Shown: one piece after another, positions 9,275-18,161 of the stretch | Layout: each line of letters begins with the position of its first letter | Numbering within the stretch: position 1 is the first letter of the stretch | DNA from: a virus | Lineage: Duplodnaviria; Caudoviricetes | Virus record (IMG/VR): IMGVR_UViG_3300017700_000409 | Span: 9,240-73,239 of that record | Length of the DNA: 64,000 bases | Reading direction: 5' to 3' (one strand) | Notes under the pieces: generated by a model | Databases searched by the model: none | Told to the model about the DNA's origin: nothing | The model's input: the letters and a program-made list of their open reading frames with translations, nothing else | Translations under genes and position numbers: made by a program

Positions 9275-10414
9275 ATGAACAAGCTTCTCAAGACAATTAT
9301 TATTTGTATCTCTCTTCTCTTCTCGATTCAGTTGGCGACTTCGCCTGATGTATCTGCGCAGACAAACTTTAGCCAGTTCGCTGGTGCGCCTGCTATAGTA
9401 TCCTACGATCAATGGGGCCGAGCGGGAACATTTACATATGTTGCCCCGGCCACGGGTTGGTATTATGCAGAGGCCCTCGGGTCTGGCGGTGGTGGCGGGT
9501 CTGGGCGCTTTACTGGAATTGTGGGTGGTGGCGGTGGTGGCGGTGGTGGCTGCGGCTTCGGCTGGGTTTTTCTAACTAGCGGCACATCTGTAACAGTAAC
9601 AGTTGGGGCTGGAGGGGCTGGGGGTTCTGGACCCGGCTCTGGTGCCTCTGGGAACACTTCATCGTTTGGGTCATTTATATCGGCTCCAGGGGGAGGCGGT
9701 GGTGCGCTTGGTGGAGCCGCTGGAACTGCAGGATCAGCTGCAACTCTATCTTCAAGCGTTATAAACGGCATCGCATACGCTGGTGGAACGGGGGGTGCAG
9801 CAGGAGCTTCATCTAGCGCGGGTGCTGGCGGTGGCGGGGCTTGTACCCGTTGGGGGGCCGGGGGTACAGGCGGAGCGTCCCAGGCCTCTGGGACCCTTGC
9901 CGGTGGCGGTGCTGGTGCAAATGGGAACGCAGGTCCAACCGCAGCTGCGTCAACCAGCGGCCAGGGCGGCTTTGCGATGTCAAATGGGACTATAAACGTC
10001 ACAACGCCAAATAGGACAATGCCGATTGCGACTGCTATTTTCCCTGGTGTGGGGAGCGTTACTGCAACTGACGCGTCAGGCCCAGGGTATCCTCTTCCGT
10101 GGGGGCTTATGAGTCCGGGAACAGGGGACATGTTTTATGGGGCTGCTGGAGTTGCCCCAAGCGGCCCTGGCCTCGCAGGAGGGGCGTTTGGCGGCGGCTC
10201 TGGAGGCTCTGTTTCTGGCGGGGCTGCACAGCCTGGTGGCGCTGGCGGAATATTCGGTGGTGGTGGTGGTGGTGTAAATGGGACAGGAGGCTTGGGCGCT
10301 GTAGGAGGACTTGGTGGCGGTGGCGGTGGTGGCGGTGGTACGACAGGAGACTGGGCCCCCGGTGGGGCTGGTGGCGCCGGATATGTTTTTGTTGCCCTAA
10401 TCAACTTCCCATAG
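9275..10414 (+). CDS. Glycine-rich tail-associated (adhesin-like) protein with signal-peptide-like N-terminus
   Basis: GSGGGGGSG and VTVTVGAGG motifs, long poly-Gly runs; N-terminus MNKLLKTIIICISLLFSIQLATSPDVSA. Confidence 0.6.
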   Translation: MNKLLKTIIICISLLFSIQLATSPDVSAQTNFSQFAGAPAIVSYDQWGRAGTFTYVAPATGWYYAEALGSGGGGGSGRFTGIVGGGGGGGGGCGFGWVFLTSGTSVTVTVGAGGAGGSGPGSGASGNTSSFGSFISAPGGGGGALGGAAGTAGSAATLSSSVINGIAYAGGTGGAAGASSSAGAGGGGACTRWGAGGTGGASQASGTLAGGGAGANGNAGPTAAASTSGQGGFAMSNGTINVTTPNRTMPIATAIFPGVGSVTATDASGPGYPLPWGLMSPGTGDMFYGAAGVAPSGPGLAGGAFGGGSGGSVSGGAAQPGGAGGIFGGGGGGVNGTGGLGAVGGLGGGGGGGGGTTGDWAPGGAGGAGYVFVALINFP

Positions 10415-10423
10415 GAGGATAAC

Positions 10424-10924
10424 ATGAACGCATATTGCAGAGTTGTTGATGGAAAGGGCACGGATGTATGCTATGGAGAAAACGCCGAATTAGCCATCAC
10501 CACTTCTTTTGTTACGGAATATATTGAAGAGGTTGGAGGTGTACCGGCTTGGCTCCCTATCCAAGATGGTGTTACGGTTAATGGCGGGTGGCTTGTTACA
10601 GTGACAGATGGTGTTGTTACAGCTTCGGTTGCCCCTTCACCTCCGCCACCCGTTCCGAAGACAATAAATAAGCAGGAATACAATGACGTTTGTATCGGGG
10701 CCTTGGGCGGCATCCCGGCTGGCGTTGCGGCATTCCAAGCGGTTATTGACGCTGCTGTTGCGGCCGGGGGAGCGGCCCGAGGAACTATCACTTATTACAA
10801 CGGAGCTAACACCTTCACTCTTCCCCAAACCCAAGCGTTCTTCGTTATCCTGGTTGACGCGCAATGCTGTACGCAAGAGCAAGCTGATGCGGTCATTGCC
10901 GCATGGCCTATGGTGGCTTCATGA
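10424..10924 (+). CDS. Hypothetical tail-associated protein
   Basis: Strong SD (GGAGG) before ATG; between the Gly-rich gene and the endolysin. Confidence 0.6.
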   Translation: MNAYCRVVDGKGTDVCYGENAELAITTSFVTEYIEEVGGVPAWLPIQDGVTVNGGWLVTVTDGVVTASVAPSPPPPVPKTINKQEYNDVCIGALGGIPAGVAAFQAVIDAAVAAGGAARGTITYYNGANTFTLPQTQAFFVILVDAQCCTQEQADAVIAAWPMVAS

Positions 10925-11367
10925 ACTCTGGGGATCGTGATACTATTCTCCTCGCTCTAACTGCCTATGGCGAGGCAAGCGATCAAGGCCGCGACGGTAT
11001 TCGGGCCCAAGTCCACTCTGTGCTTAATCGGCACAGGGCAGGGGCTTGGTACTCCCGTAAGACCCTCGCGGCTTGCGTAATGCTCGGCTATGCCTACTCG
11101 ATGTGGAATGACGATGATAAAAATAGGGTAAGGGTTTGTGAAGCTTCGCTTGACGATCCCACTATGAAAATCTGTATCGAAGAGGTTGAAGCGGCAATCG
11201 CAGGGAAGACCCAGGACCCGACCGGCGGGGCAACTCATTACTATGTCGCCGGCACTCCGGAACCAACCTGGGTTTCGGGCAAGAATAAGAAGGGGGAGCA
11301 AGTTGCTCCGCCCGCAACATACACAACAATGATCGGAGCACATCGTTTTTACAAGGGGGTAGCCTAA
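10921..11367 (+). CDS. Endolysin, cell-wall hydrolase SleB/Hydrolase_2 family
   Basis: LTAYGEASDQG, VLNR, TGGATHYY and IGAHRFY motifs; ATGA overlap with upstream stop. Confidence 0.85.
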   Translation: MNSGDRDTILLALTAYGEASDQGRDGIRAQVHSVLNRHRAGAWYSRKTLAACVMLGYAYSMWNDDDKNRVRVCEASLDDPTMKICIEEVEAAIAGKTQDPTGGATHYYVAGTPEPTWVSGKNKKGEQVAPPATYTTMIGAHRFYKGVA

Positions 11368-11715
11368 ATGGAAAAGCGCAAAAGAAATGAAAAGTTCGCC
11401 TTCTTTCTCGTCATCGCAGTCATCTTCCTCTTCATCCTAATCCTCGGGGCAATCGTCTTCGGCAATATGAAGCCCGAGGATAAAACCGCAGTCATCGGTT
11501 GGGGCTCGCTTCTCCTTGGTGTCCTTACTACCGCTGCCTCTTATGAATGGGGAGCCAGCAAGGAGGCCATCACAAAAAACGAAGTTCCCCCGCCTACACC
11601 TGGGAAGACAACAATGACGGCAGACGTTCACATGTCATCGGCTTCCGCGGAACCTAAAACGCCTGACCCTAAAACTCCAGAACCTTCGACATTACAACCA
11701 AAGACAGGAGACTAA
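11368..11715 (+). CDS. Putative holin (2 TM segments)
   Basis: Two hydrophobic segments, YEWGASK motif after TM2, adjacent to endolysin. Confidence 0.6.
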   Translation: MEKRKRNEKFAFFLVIAVIFLFILILGAIVFGNMKPEDKTAVIGWGSLLLGVLTTAASYEWGASKEAITKNEVPPPTPGKTTMTADVHMSSASAEPKTPDPKTPEPSTLQPKTGD

Positions 11716-11718
11716 AAG

Positions 11719-12111
11719 ATGAACCGCACAAAATTAGTTATTCTGACTTCCGCTATCTTGGTCGCCCTCTCTATGGCGGCTTGCTCTTCTGACGGGAAGC
11801 TCGCCAACAAGGATAAACCTTTTGATAAGCAAGTCACACTCACCGCCGTTTGTAGCGGGATCGTAAAGGCCAACGAAGTATTCCAGACCCTCGCGGCCAC
11901 TCTCCCCGGGGTCATCGACCAAAATGGGATGGACTTTGAGGGGGCTCTCCTCGATACCGTGGGGTTATCTGCAAACGTTTCCCCGCCTAAGCCCCCGAGG
12001 CCGGGGAGTGTTTGTGCTTCGCCTTATGCCGGCGATCTTAATGTGGCGCTTAACGCGGCCATTACCGCTTCGGTGAATATTACGAAGCTCCTAGCGACTT
12101 GGAATAAATAA
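11719..12111 (+). CDS. Lipoprotein in lysis cassette
   Basis: Signal peptide ending in lipobox-like SMAA-C. Confidence 0.6.
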   Translation: MNRTKLVILTSAILVALSMAACSSDGKLANKDKPFDKQVTLTAVCSGIVKANEVFQTLAATLPGVIDQNGMDFEGALLDTVGLSANVSPPKPPRPGSVCASPYAGDLNVALNAAITASVNITKLLATWNK

Positions 12112-12342
12112 GTGGGGTGGTGGGAGGCAATAAAACTCTTCCTTGGCCTCGGTAAGAACGTCACCGACATCGTAAAGAACAACCAGGAAGAGAAGAAGAC
12201 AACCGCGATAGAGAAACAAGGGGAAGCAAATGCTACAGCGAAATCAAATGCAGAGACGCTCGATGCAGTTCGCACGTCCAATCGCGCTAATACTGACCCT
12301 GTTATTGACGACTTCGTGCGTTCACGATGGGAACGCCCCTAA
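12112..12342 (+). CDS. Putative i-spanin (Rz-like)
   Basis: GTG start; hydrophobic/amphipathic N-terminus then coiled-coil; 3' end overlaps a lipoprotein ORF in another frame. Confidence 0.5.
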   Translation: MGWWEAIKLFLGLGKNVTDIVKNNQEEKKTTAIEKQGEANATAKSNAETLDAVRTSNRANTDPVIDDFVRSRWERP

Positions 12343-12496
12343 GCTTCCGACTACAATACACGACTTCTGCCTCTTCTATCGCCCGTATCCTTATCACCTA
12401 AGTGACGGGCCGAAGTCTTCGGCGGATGCTACCTACTCGCTTAAAAACCACACTTGTCTTTGTACGGACAACCCGCCGAAGGAGTGCAAGCCTTGA
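12263..12496 (+). CDS. Putative o-spanin (Rz1-like lipoprotein)
   Basis: MQFARPIALILTLLLTTS-C lipobox; Pro/Cys-rich mature part; overlapping arrangement. Confidence 0.65.
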   Translation: MQFARPIALILTLLLTTSCVHDGNAPKLPTTIHDFCLFYRPYPYHLSDGPKSSADATYSLKNHTCLCTDNPPKECKP

Positions 12497-12669
12497 TGGC
12501 GTATGTTCTTGCTGGGATCGTCTTTTCTATCTCGGTTATCTATGCTGCTCTGGTTTGTCTCGCTAATTCGATGAGCAGCGCACCTCTAGTTACGATTAGC
12601 TACAAGCCGTCAATTGTTGGGGTGATAATGTCTATAGTTGTCTTGATCGTCCACCACTACCGGGGATAA
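12496..12669 (+). CDS. Small membrane protein
   Basis: Two hydrophobic segments; TGATG overlap with upstream stop. Confidence 0.45.
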   Translation: MAYVLAGIVFSISVIYAALVCLANSMSSAPLVTISYKPSIVGVIMSIVVLIVHHYRG

Positions 12670-12717
12670 AGGGCTGCGGGGCGCATTTCACTTAACTCTA
12701 TAAAGGAGACTACGCCC

Positions 12718-12915
12718 TTGGACTTATTTTCTCTAATCGCTCTCATCCTAATTGTTGGTGTTGTCGTGTTCCTTATCAACGCGGCTCCCTTCATTGACGC
12801 TAGGTTCAAGCAGATCGCAACCTGGCTTCTTCTCGCTGTCGTCATAATCTATGTGATCCTAACTGTGTTCGGCCCTCTTCCTAATGTTCACATTGGGCGA
12901 GGACGTTTGAACTGA
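12718..12915 (+). CDS. Small 2-TM membrane protein
   Basis: SD AAGGAG upstream of TTG; two TM helices. Confidence 0.6.
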   Translation: MDLFSLIALILIVGVVVFLINAAPFIDARFKQIATWLLLAVVIIYVILTVFGPLPNVHIGRGRLN

Positions 12916-12960
12916 CGGTTGTCCTCGCGCTTTAGAGCCTCCCCTTGGGCGCGAGGAACA

Positions 12961-13005
12961 GGGCGCGGGGCCTGTGTGCGGACTGGGCCCCGCGTCTATT
13001 TTTTT
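12961..13005 (+). terminator. Intrinsic terminator after lysis genes
   Basis: GCGCGGGGCC/GGCCCCGCGT stem followed by T7. Confidence 0.7.
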
Positions 13006-13018
13006 GAAAGGCTTCTCG

Positions 13019-13807
13019 ATGAATAAAACTTTCGCGCTTATCTTTCTTCTCTTCCTATCGGCTTGTGGTGGGGGAACGTCTCCCGGCCCGGGGCCAAACC
13101 CCACCCCAACCAATCCAAGCTCTCTTGTCTTTGAGGCGGATTGGAATGCCCCGCTCGGGCAATCTCTCGTTTGCGGGGGCCCAGGGCACGTTCATCCTTT
13201 TAGCTGTAGTCTACCGCCCGGGGCAGTCTGGGGATTGCTTCCGGATGAGCAGGGCGGCTCGCCTTGCGCGGGGCCTTTACCTAATGTCTGCTACCAACTC
13301 GGCACAGGTAAGCTCGGTTACACCTCCAATGTAATTCCTGCCTTTGCGCTCATAAACGCAAACAGCGTTCCCCGTCTCAAGCCCATTTCAGTTGAGGCCG
13401 AGGTTACAGCGACAAATGATTGCACCGCCCCGGTTGCATTTGTAGGCCCGGTTATCTATGATGGAGAGGGGGCAGGCGAAGGAGACACAGGGAAATATTA
13501 CGCGCTGTATTTGAACTGCTGGACGCTTACGGGTGACCGAAATGTTTATGCCTGGGTGTACTCGGGAATTTATGCAGGGGCTACGAACGGAACAATATAT
13601 GCCCCGGGGTCTACCCACAAGTTGCGGATTGATTATCTCCCGGGCATCTCGGTGACCTATAAGGTCGATGATATTGTTGTTATGGTAGAGACGCCAGGGT
13701 CACTTACCCCGGGTCTAATAATGTTTGATCAAGACCCGCACCCGGCTTTGTGGTTCGGCAATTCAGTCGGCTCTATCGGCCCATTCAAAGTTTATTCTGG
13801 ACCTTAA
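13019..13807 (+). CDS. Lipoprotein with probable concanavalin/LamG-like beta-sandwich
   Basis: MNKTFALIFLLFLSA-C lipobox; GP/NP-rich linker; HKLRIDY..VTYKVD beta pattern. Confidence 0.6.
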   Translation: MNKTFALIFLLFLSACGGGTSPGPGPNPTPTNPSSLVFEADWNAPLGQSLVCGGPGHVHPFSCSLPPGAVWGLLPDEQGGSPCAGPLPNVCYQLGTGKLGYTSNVIPAFALINANSVPRLKPISVEAEVTATNDCTAPVAFVGPVIYDGEGAGEGDTGKYYALYLNCWTLTGDRNVYAWVYSGIYAGATNGTIYAPGSTHKLRIDYLPGISVTYKVDDIVVMVETPGSLTPGLIMFDQDPHPALWFGNSVGSIGPFKVYSGP

Positions 13808-13837
13808 ATACAAAACGAAATTGGTAGCCATAAACTC

Positions 13838-13870
13838 AGGGGGCGCGGGAAACTGCGCTCCCTATTTTTT
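13838..13870 (+). terminator. Intrinsic terminator ending the late operon
   Basis: AGGGGGCGCGG-GAAA-CTGCGCTCCCT stem with GNRA loop and T-run. Confidence 0.8.
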
Positions 13871-14042
13871 TGTCCGTGGGGGATTGGTTCCGGCTCTAGG
13901 GCCGAAGGCTGGCACGGGCTCGATGCCGTACGCAGCTGTGTACCTTCCTCGGGTCGAGAGCTACGGGTGGACCCGGGAAGGAGAAGGCCCACTGCAGGGC
14001 CTTAAAAGGGGCCGGATAGCCCCTCATAAAAGGGCCTAAAAG

Positions 14043-14111
14043 CCCTTATTTTTCAACGACTTAGCTGGTATTCAAACTAATGGCTAAAAACCCTTATATT
14101 TCAAGGACTTA
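14043..14111. repeat. 21-bp imperfect direct repeat containing IHF-like sites
   Basis: CCCTTATTTTTCAACGACTTA (14043-14063) vs CCCTTATATTTCAAGGACTTA (14091-14111), 19/21 identical; each is 1 mismatch from WATCAANNNNTTR. Confidence 0.6.
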
Positions 14112-14225
14112 AGAGCCGCCCTGTAGGCCTTAAAACAAGACCCTAGGGTGGCCCCGGCTCCCGCGCGCTAGGACGGGAGCCGAGGAAGGCCGCGAGCGAC
14201 ACTGTGCCTTGCGGCAATCGATCCT

Positions 14226-14453
14226 CTACCCCGAGGACATAAGGTCCCAAGCCTCCGAACACATCGCCATGTAGAGGGCCTTACTTGTCTGACCTGTCTC
14301 GATAGAGAGGAGAGCCCCACTAACAATCGCGCCCATCGCCATGACCCTTTGCGATTGAGGATAGGCGTTGCGCAACAAGTCCGCGACAATAAGATAATGC
14401 TGACCCTCAAAGCACCGTCTAACAACTTCCTTCGCCTCTTTTTCGTAATCCAT
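14226..14453 (-). CDS. Hypothetical protein
   Basis: 75-aa ORF abutting the helicase stop, with SD. Confidence 0.55.
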   Translation of the reverse strand: MDYEKEAKEVVRRCFEGQHYLIVADLLRNAYPQSQRVMAMGAIVSGALLSIETGQTSKALYMAMCSEAWDLMSSG

Positions 14454-14454
14454 T

Positions 14455-16242
14455 TCAACCTCCTGATGCTAATTCTTTCCAACCTTCCGGCTCATCCAGA
14501 AAGAGACGGCTTACAGTTATCTTCTTGACGACTGCTTTGTGGATGTAATCGTCAATCGTCTTAGGCGCGCGGAGCCGTCCATAAAGGCAAGACCCTACCG
14601 CGCCAATCCTTCGGGTTCGGCCTTTGCTCTGGTAGTGATAGAGGCTGTCGAAGTATTCCGAATAGAACAAGACAAGCTGACACATCTTTTGTAGACCATC
14701 TAGCCCCGCTGACCCGGAGGCTTGATTGATTAACATGATGCCTGCTTTCTTAGTTATAAAGTCATTTAGAAAGCGGGCACGGTCAGTCTTGCTTATCGTT
14801 CCATCATAGCGATAGACCCGAGGCGGGTTTTTTATTTCTCCAAAGGCCTCGGTTAGAATATCAAAGTCAGCGTGGAACCTCGCCCAGATAACCATAGGCG
14901 CTCTGTTGCCCTCGATCCAAAAGTCAATAGCTGCTTGCGCCCGGTTACTCGGCACGCGCGTTGCCCTAACATTCTCCGACCCATCGTCATTCGTGCTCGT
15001 AACAATCGGGACGTGACCGCAGACAACTTGCTGCATCCTCATCATCCGGGTAATAGCCTGGTCGGCCTTTACATGCCCGCCCGAATGATCAATCATGTAT
15101 TCAAACTTATCGTTCAACTGCTTGTAGAGATTTTCTTGCTCCTTCGTAAGCTTCACATCAATAACAACATCTCGCGCGGGCGGAAGGTCGAGGCAATCTT
15201 CAGCCTTAACCCGCATACAGTGAGCATCTACCTTGTCCCACAACTCCTTCACATTCCGATAGCCCGTTATCTTCACCGCACCATGAGGCGCACCCTTATA
15301 GGCTGGGATGACATCGCAGTAGCGGTTGCGGAATGTATAGAAGGAGCTATAGCCCAAGACATCTTCAGACAGGAACTTCATCTGTCCAAACAGGTCTTCC
15401 AACCCCTCCGGTGTAGGGCTCCCCGTTTCGATGGCGCGCACCTTCGCCTCCTCGCCCCATTTCCAGCACCATTCCGAACGCTCCGAGGACGGGGATTTTA
15501 TTGTGAAGCTTTCCACGATTAAGAACATACACCGGCCCGAACGTATGAAACCTTCAGCGAGCCTTCGGCCTTCACCGGGGCGCGAGATGGCTTCGATGTT
15601 CATGGCGTAGCAGCGTAGCTTATCGCCCGCAATGAACAGTTTTGGGTCGTGGTGCTTACGGCGCTTTGGGCTGTACCAATCTGATATCGTTTTAACGTCC
15701 GTGGGAACGTGATCAATAAGGGCTTGCTCCACGTATTGTTCTGCGATCCCGGATGGCCAGACTAGGATGAAGAAACAATCAATTTCACCTTTCATGTATT
15801 TGTACGAGGCAATGTCGATCATCGCCTTGCTCTTTCCGGTCCCGATATCGAATAGGAGGCCGAAATATTTAGCATCCTTGAAGCGGTGGAAGGACTTTAA
15901 CTGGTGCTCATAACATTTTCTGCGGAAGGGGAATGACTTCGCGGCCTCGGGCGGGAGCTTGCGTTTCTTGCCTTCGCGTCCTGCCTTCTCTAGCCGGTCG
16001 GCCTCCTCAATTTCCTTGAGGCGTTTTCCTTCGTCAATCCACTTCGCCTCAGGAAGTTCTTTCTTGAGGTGTCGGATATTCGCGGCACTCGGCTCGAATA
16101 GAAGTTGACCGTTGTTATCCCAACGCTTGCGGCCGGGCATGTCGCGGATAGCTTCTAATATCTTCGCGTTCACGGACCCGGACAACGTACAATTCCGGGG
16201 GCCGGTAGTGATAACGAGAGGACGGCGCTTTTTATTAATCAC
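14455..16242 (-). CDS. SF2 (SNF2-like) DNA helicase with atypical motif II
   Basis: DIGTGKS Walker A; IVESF in place of DExx; IWARF, GLDGLQ and QSKGRTRRIG motifs IV-VI. Confidence 0.85.
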   Translation of the reverse strand: MINKKRRPLVITTGPRNCTLSGSVNAKILEAIRDMPGRKRWDNNGQLLFEPSAANIRHLKKELPEAKWIDEGKRLKEIEEADRLEKAGREGKKRKLPPEAAKSFPFRRKCYEHQLKSFHRFKDAKYFGLLFDIGTGKSKAMIDIASYKYMKGEIDCFFILVWPSGIAEQYVEQALIDHVPTDVKTISDWYSPKRRKHHDPKLFIAGDKLRCYAMNIEAISRPGEGRRLAEGFIRSGRCMFLIVESFTIKSPSSERSEWCWKWGEEAKVRAIETGSPTPEGLEDLFGQMKFLSEDVLGYSSFYTFRNRYCDVIPAYKGAPHGAVKITGYRNVKELWDKVDAHCMRVKAEDCLDLPPARDVVIDVKLTKEQENLYKQLNDKFEYMIDHSGGHVKADQAITRMMRMQQVVCGHVPIVTSTNDDGSENVRATRVPSNRAQAAIDFWIEGNRAPMVIWARFHADFDILTEAFGEIKNPPRVYRYDGTISKTDRARFLNDFITKKAGIMLINQASGSAGLDGLQKMCQLVLFYSEYFDSLYHYQSKGRTRRIGAVGSCLYGRLRAPKTIDDYIHKAVVKKITVSRLFLDEPEGWKELASGG

Positions 16243-16649
16243 AGTGGTGCGGCTCCTTGTGCGTCAATCGCATTTCTCAAAACTTCATCTAGGCTAGTGC
16301 CAGTGTAACTCTTCTTTCCGACTTGGATATAAGCAGTCGTGGTGGCGTCATCCCAGAATATTTTTACAGTTGTATTAGAACCGTCTTGAACGAACCCGAT
16401 TAGATTTTTTAATCCCTTCCAATAATCGGCTTGGTCGAGAGCTTTTAGAATATCTGTGACCGGCTTGAAACCTATGCTGCCTCGTAGCTGTTCAGCTGAT
16501 GCCTTCATCTCCGCTAGTGCTTTCTCTTTCTCTTCTCCTTCAGTCTGGGTAACACGGAACATAGCGGCTGTTCCTTTTGAAACAAGTTCACGCGCTTCCC
16601 TGCGCCATTTGTCTAGATCAAAAACATAGGGTGGAATTTTATCGCTCAT
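16239..16649 (-). CDS. Hypothetical protein
   Basis: 136 aa; SD; overlaps helicase start. Confidence 0.6.
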   Translation of the reverse strand: MSDKIPPYVFDLDKWRREARELVSKGTAAMFRVTQTEGEEKEKALAEMKASAEQLRGSIGFKPVTDILKALDQADYWKGLKNLIGFVQDGSNTTVKIFWDDATTTAYIQVGKKSYTGTSLDEVLRNAIDAQGAAPL

Positions 16650-16652
16650 TTT

Positions 16653-17481
16653 CTACTCCTGAATTTCTATTAAAACATTGCGGGCTCGGAAGCCTCTGGC
16701 GTGAAGGTTCTTATGGTCGGCTCCAGTCCCCATTATGTAATCTCCTTCTAGGCGGGTGTTTTCATAATTGCACCAGGCATCTTGTGCGGTTGTACCAGGA
16801 GGAGAGAACACAAGTTCATTCTTAGGGCCGACAAGCATATAAAGGCTATGGCGGGTTTTCATTGTGCCAATTCCTTCTTTCCATTGCTTTCGAGATACGC
16901 AACTGTCGGCTTCTCTTCCCCGAGGTATCCAGCCCGGAAGCCAAAGAGAAGATAAGGGTACAATGTCTTGTCCTTATATTCGTCTATCCATAGCGCCTCG
17001 GCATATCTGAGATCGGTTCCGAACCAGCCGTTGTTCTTTAGAGTTGAACCGAACTCAAACGCCATATCAATCGCTTCTTCCTTTGTTGTTGATACGTTCT
17101 CTCTGATGAACATGCTAATCCCCTTAAAACGCAACTGCTTTCCGGATGTCATAGAACACCTCTGTAATGGGCCCGAGGCTAATGTGAAAAACCGGGTAGG
17201 CCTTCCCATCTCGCCCAAGAAGCTTAATCGCCTCGACCGGATAGCCGCTGCGGCTCTTGGCTGCGATCCGACGCGATTTAATTGTGAAGAAGTCATCGGC
17301 AACTTTTTCTTTCTTCATTTCAAGCTCCCATTGTCCAGTTGAAATTATCATCATAGATTGCGAGCATCCGGTGAGCCCAATAAGCGAATTGTTTTGAAGG
17401 CTCGTACTTCTCTGGGCTTTCAAATTTCTTCTTAAGCTTCTTCCCACGGCCAACGCTCCACGTAACGAATACACAATACAT
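16653..17481 (-). other. Four tandem small hypothetical ORFs (16653-16862, 16859-17113, 17124-17318, 17320-17481)
   Basis: Tightly packed ATG-start ORFs with SD-like sequences. Confidence 0.5.
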
Positions 17482-17820
17482 TTAGTTCTCCATCTGGTTA
17501 TCGAGGAACACAACCCGCCCCTTCATCGTTAAGTAAGGCGAATTAGAAATGGCGTCCGATAGGTATTGATCCTCTGGCGTCTCCGGAGGAAACAAAGGAT
17601 CAAGCAACAGCCCTATCATCCACTGAATAATCTGGTAAGCCCTTTGTGTATTTACGCCAAGGCGCTCTCCGATGCTCCTATATGTGTGACCGATAAGCCT
17701 CATTTTAACAGCCGCTCTCGCTCGGTCGTGGTTACCCATCTCGCTCACCACACAAAGATTGCGGAATAAATCGAAGCGATAACGCCTCCAATAATCCCGA
17801 GGAGGATACAAGCTCCCCAT
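17482..17820 (-). CDS. HTH protein (sigma region-4-like)
   Basis: HTYRSIGERLGVNTQRAYQII helix-turn-helix. Confidence 0.5.
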   Translation of the reverse strand: MGSLYPPRDYWRRYRFDLFRNLCVVSEMGNHDRARAAVKMRLIGHTYRSIGERLGVNTQRAYQIIQWMIGLLLDPLFPPETPEDQYLSDAISNSPYLTMKGRVVFLDNQMEN

Positions 17821-17870
17821 ATCTGTACCATGTCCATATCCTGAACGAAGTCAATAAACTTTCTCATCTT

Positions 17871-18161
17871 CTACTCCTCACAAATCATCGCCCCGTGATC
17901 GGGGCACAAAGGCGGTCCAACGTCGCGTATCCACTTGCGCGCAACCCGGGAGATGTAGCCGCAGGTAACGCACTCGCACTTCAAGAGGCGCGCATTATCC
18001 TTCTTCTTCTCCTTCACTCTCTCGGGCTTGCGCTTGCCTGATTCTAAGGCCACTAGGTAAGCCTTAGCCCCGCCCCGGGTCGAGAAGCGGGGCGCAAGCT
18101 CCTCTCCCCCAAAGACAACAGAGTATCCATCCTTCATCTTCCTAGTTCGGTTCGGGTTCAC
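17871..18161 (-). CDS. Hypothetical zinc-ribbon protein
   Basis: LKCECVTCGY...PLCPDHG motif; GTGA overlap with upstream stop. Confidence 0.5.
   Translation of the reverse strand: MNPNRTRKMKDGYSVVFGGEELAPRFSTRGGAKAYLVALESGKRKPERVKEKKKDNARLLKCECVTCGYISRVARKWIRDVGPPLCPDHGAMICEE

Noticed and set aside
9463-10131. Long Pro-rich ORF on the - strand (and 10135-10461)
   Set aside because: Antisense shadow of the poly-Gly codons in 9275-10414; no SD and opposite to operon direction.
6405-10414. Diversity-generating retroelement or invertible tail-fibre cassette
   Set aside because: No reverse transcriptase, invertase or template/variable repeat pair seen.
13871-14225. Possible attP / prophage boundary
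   Set aside because: No integrase, recombinase or host genes in the window; both ends lie inside phage structural genes.
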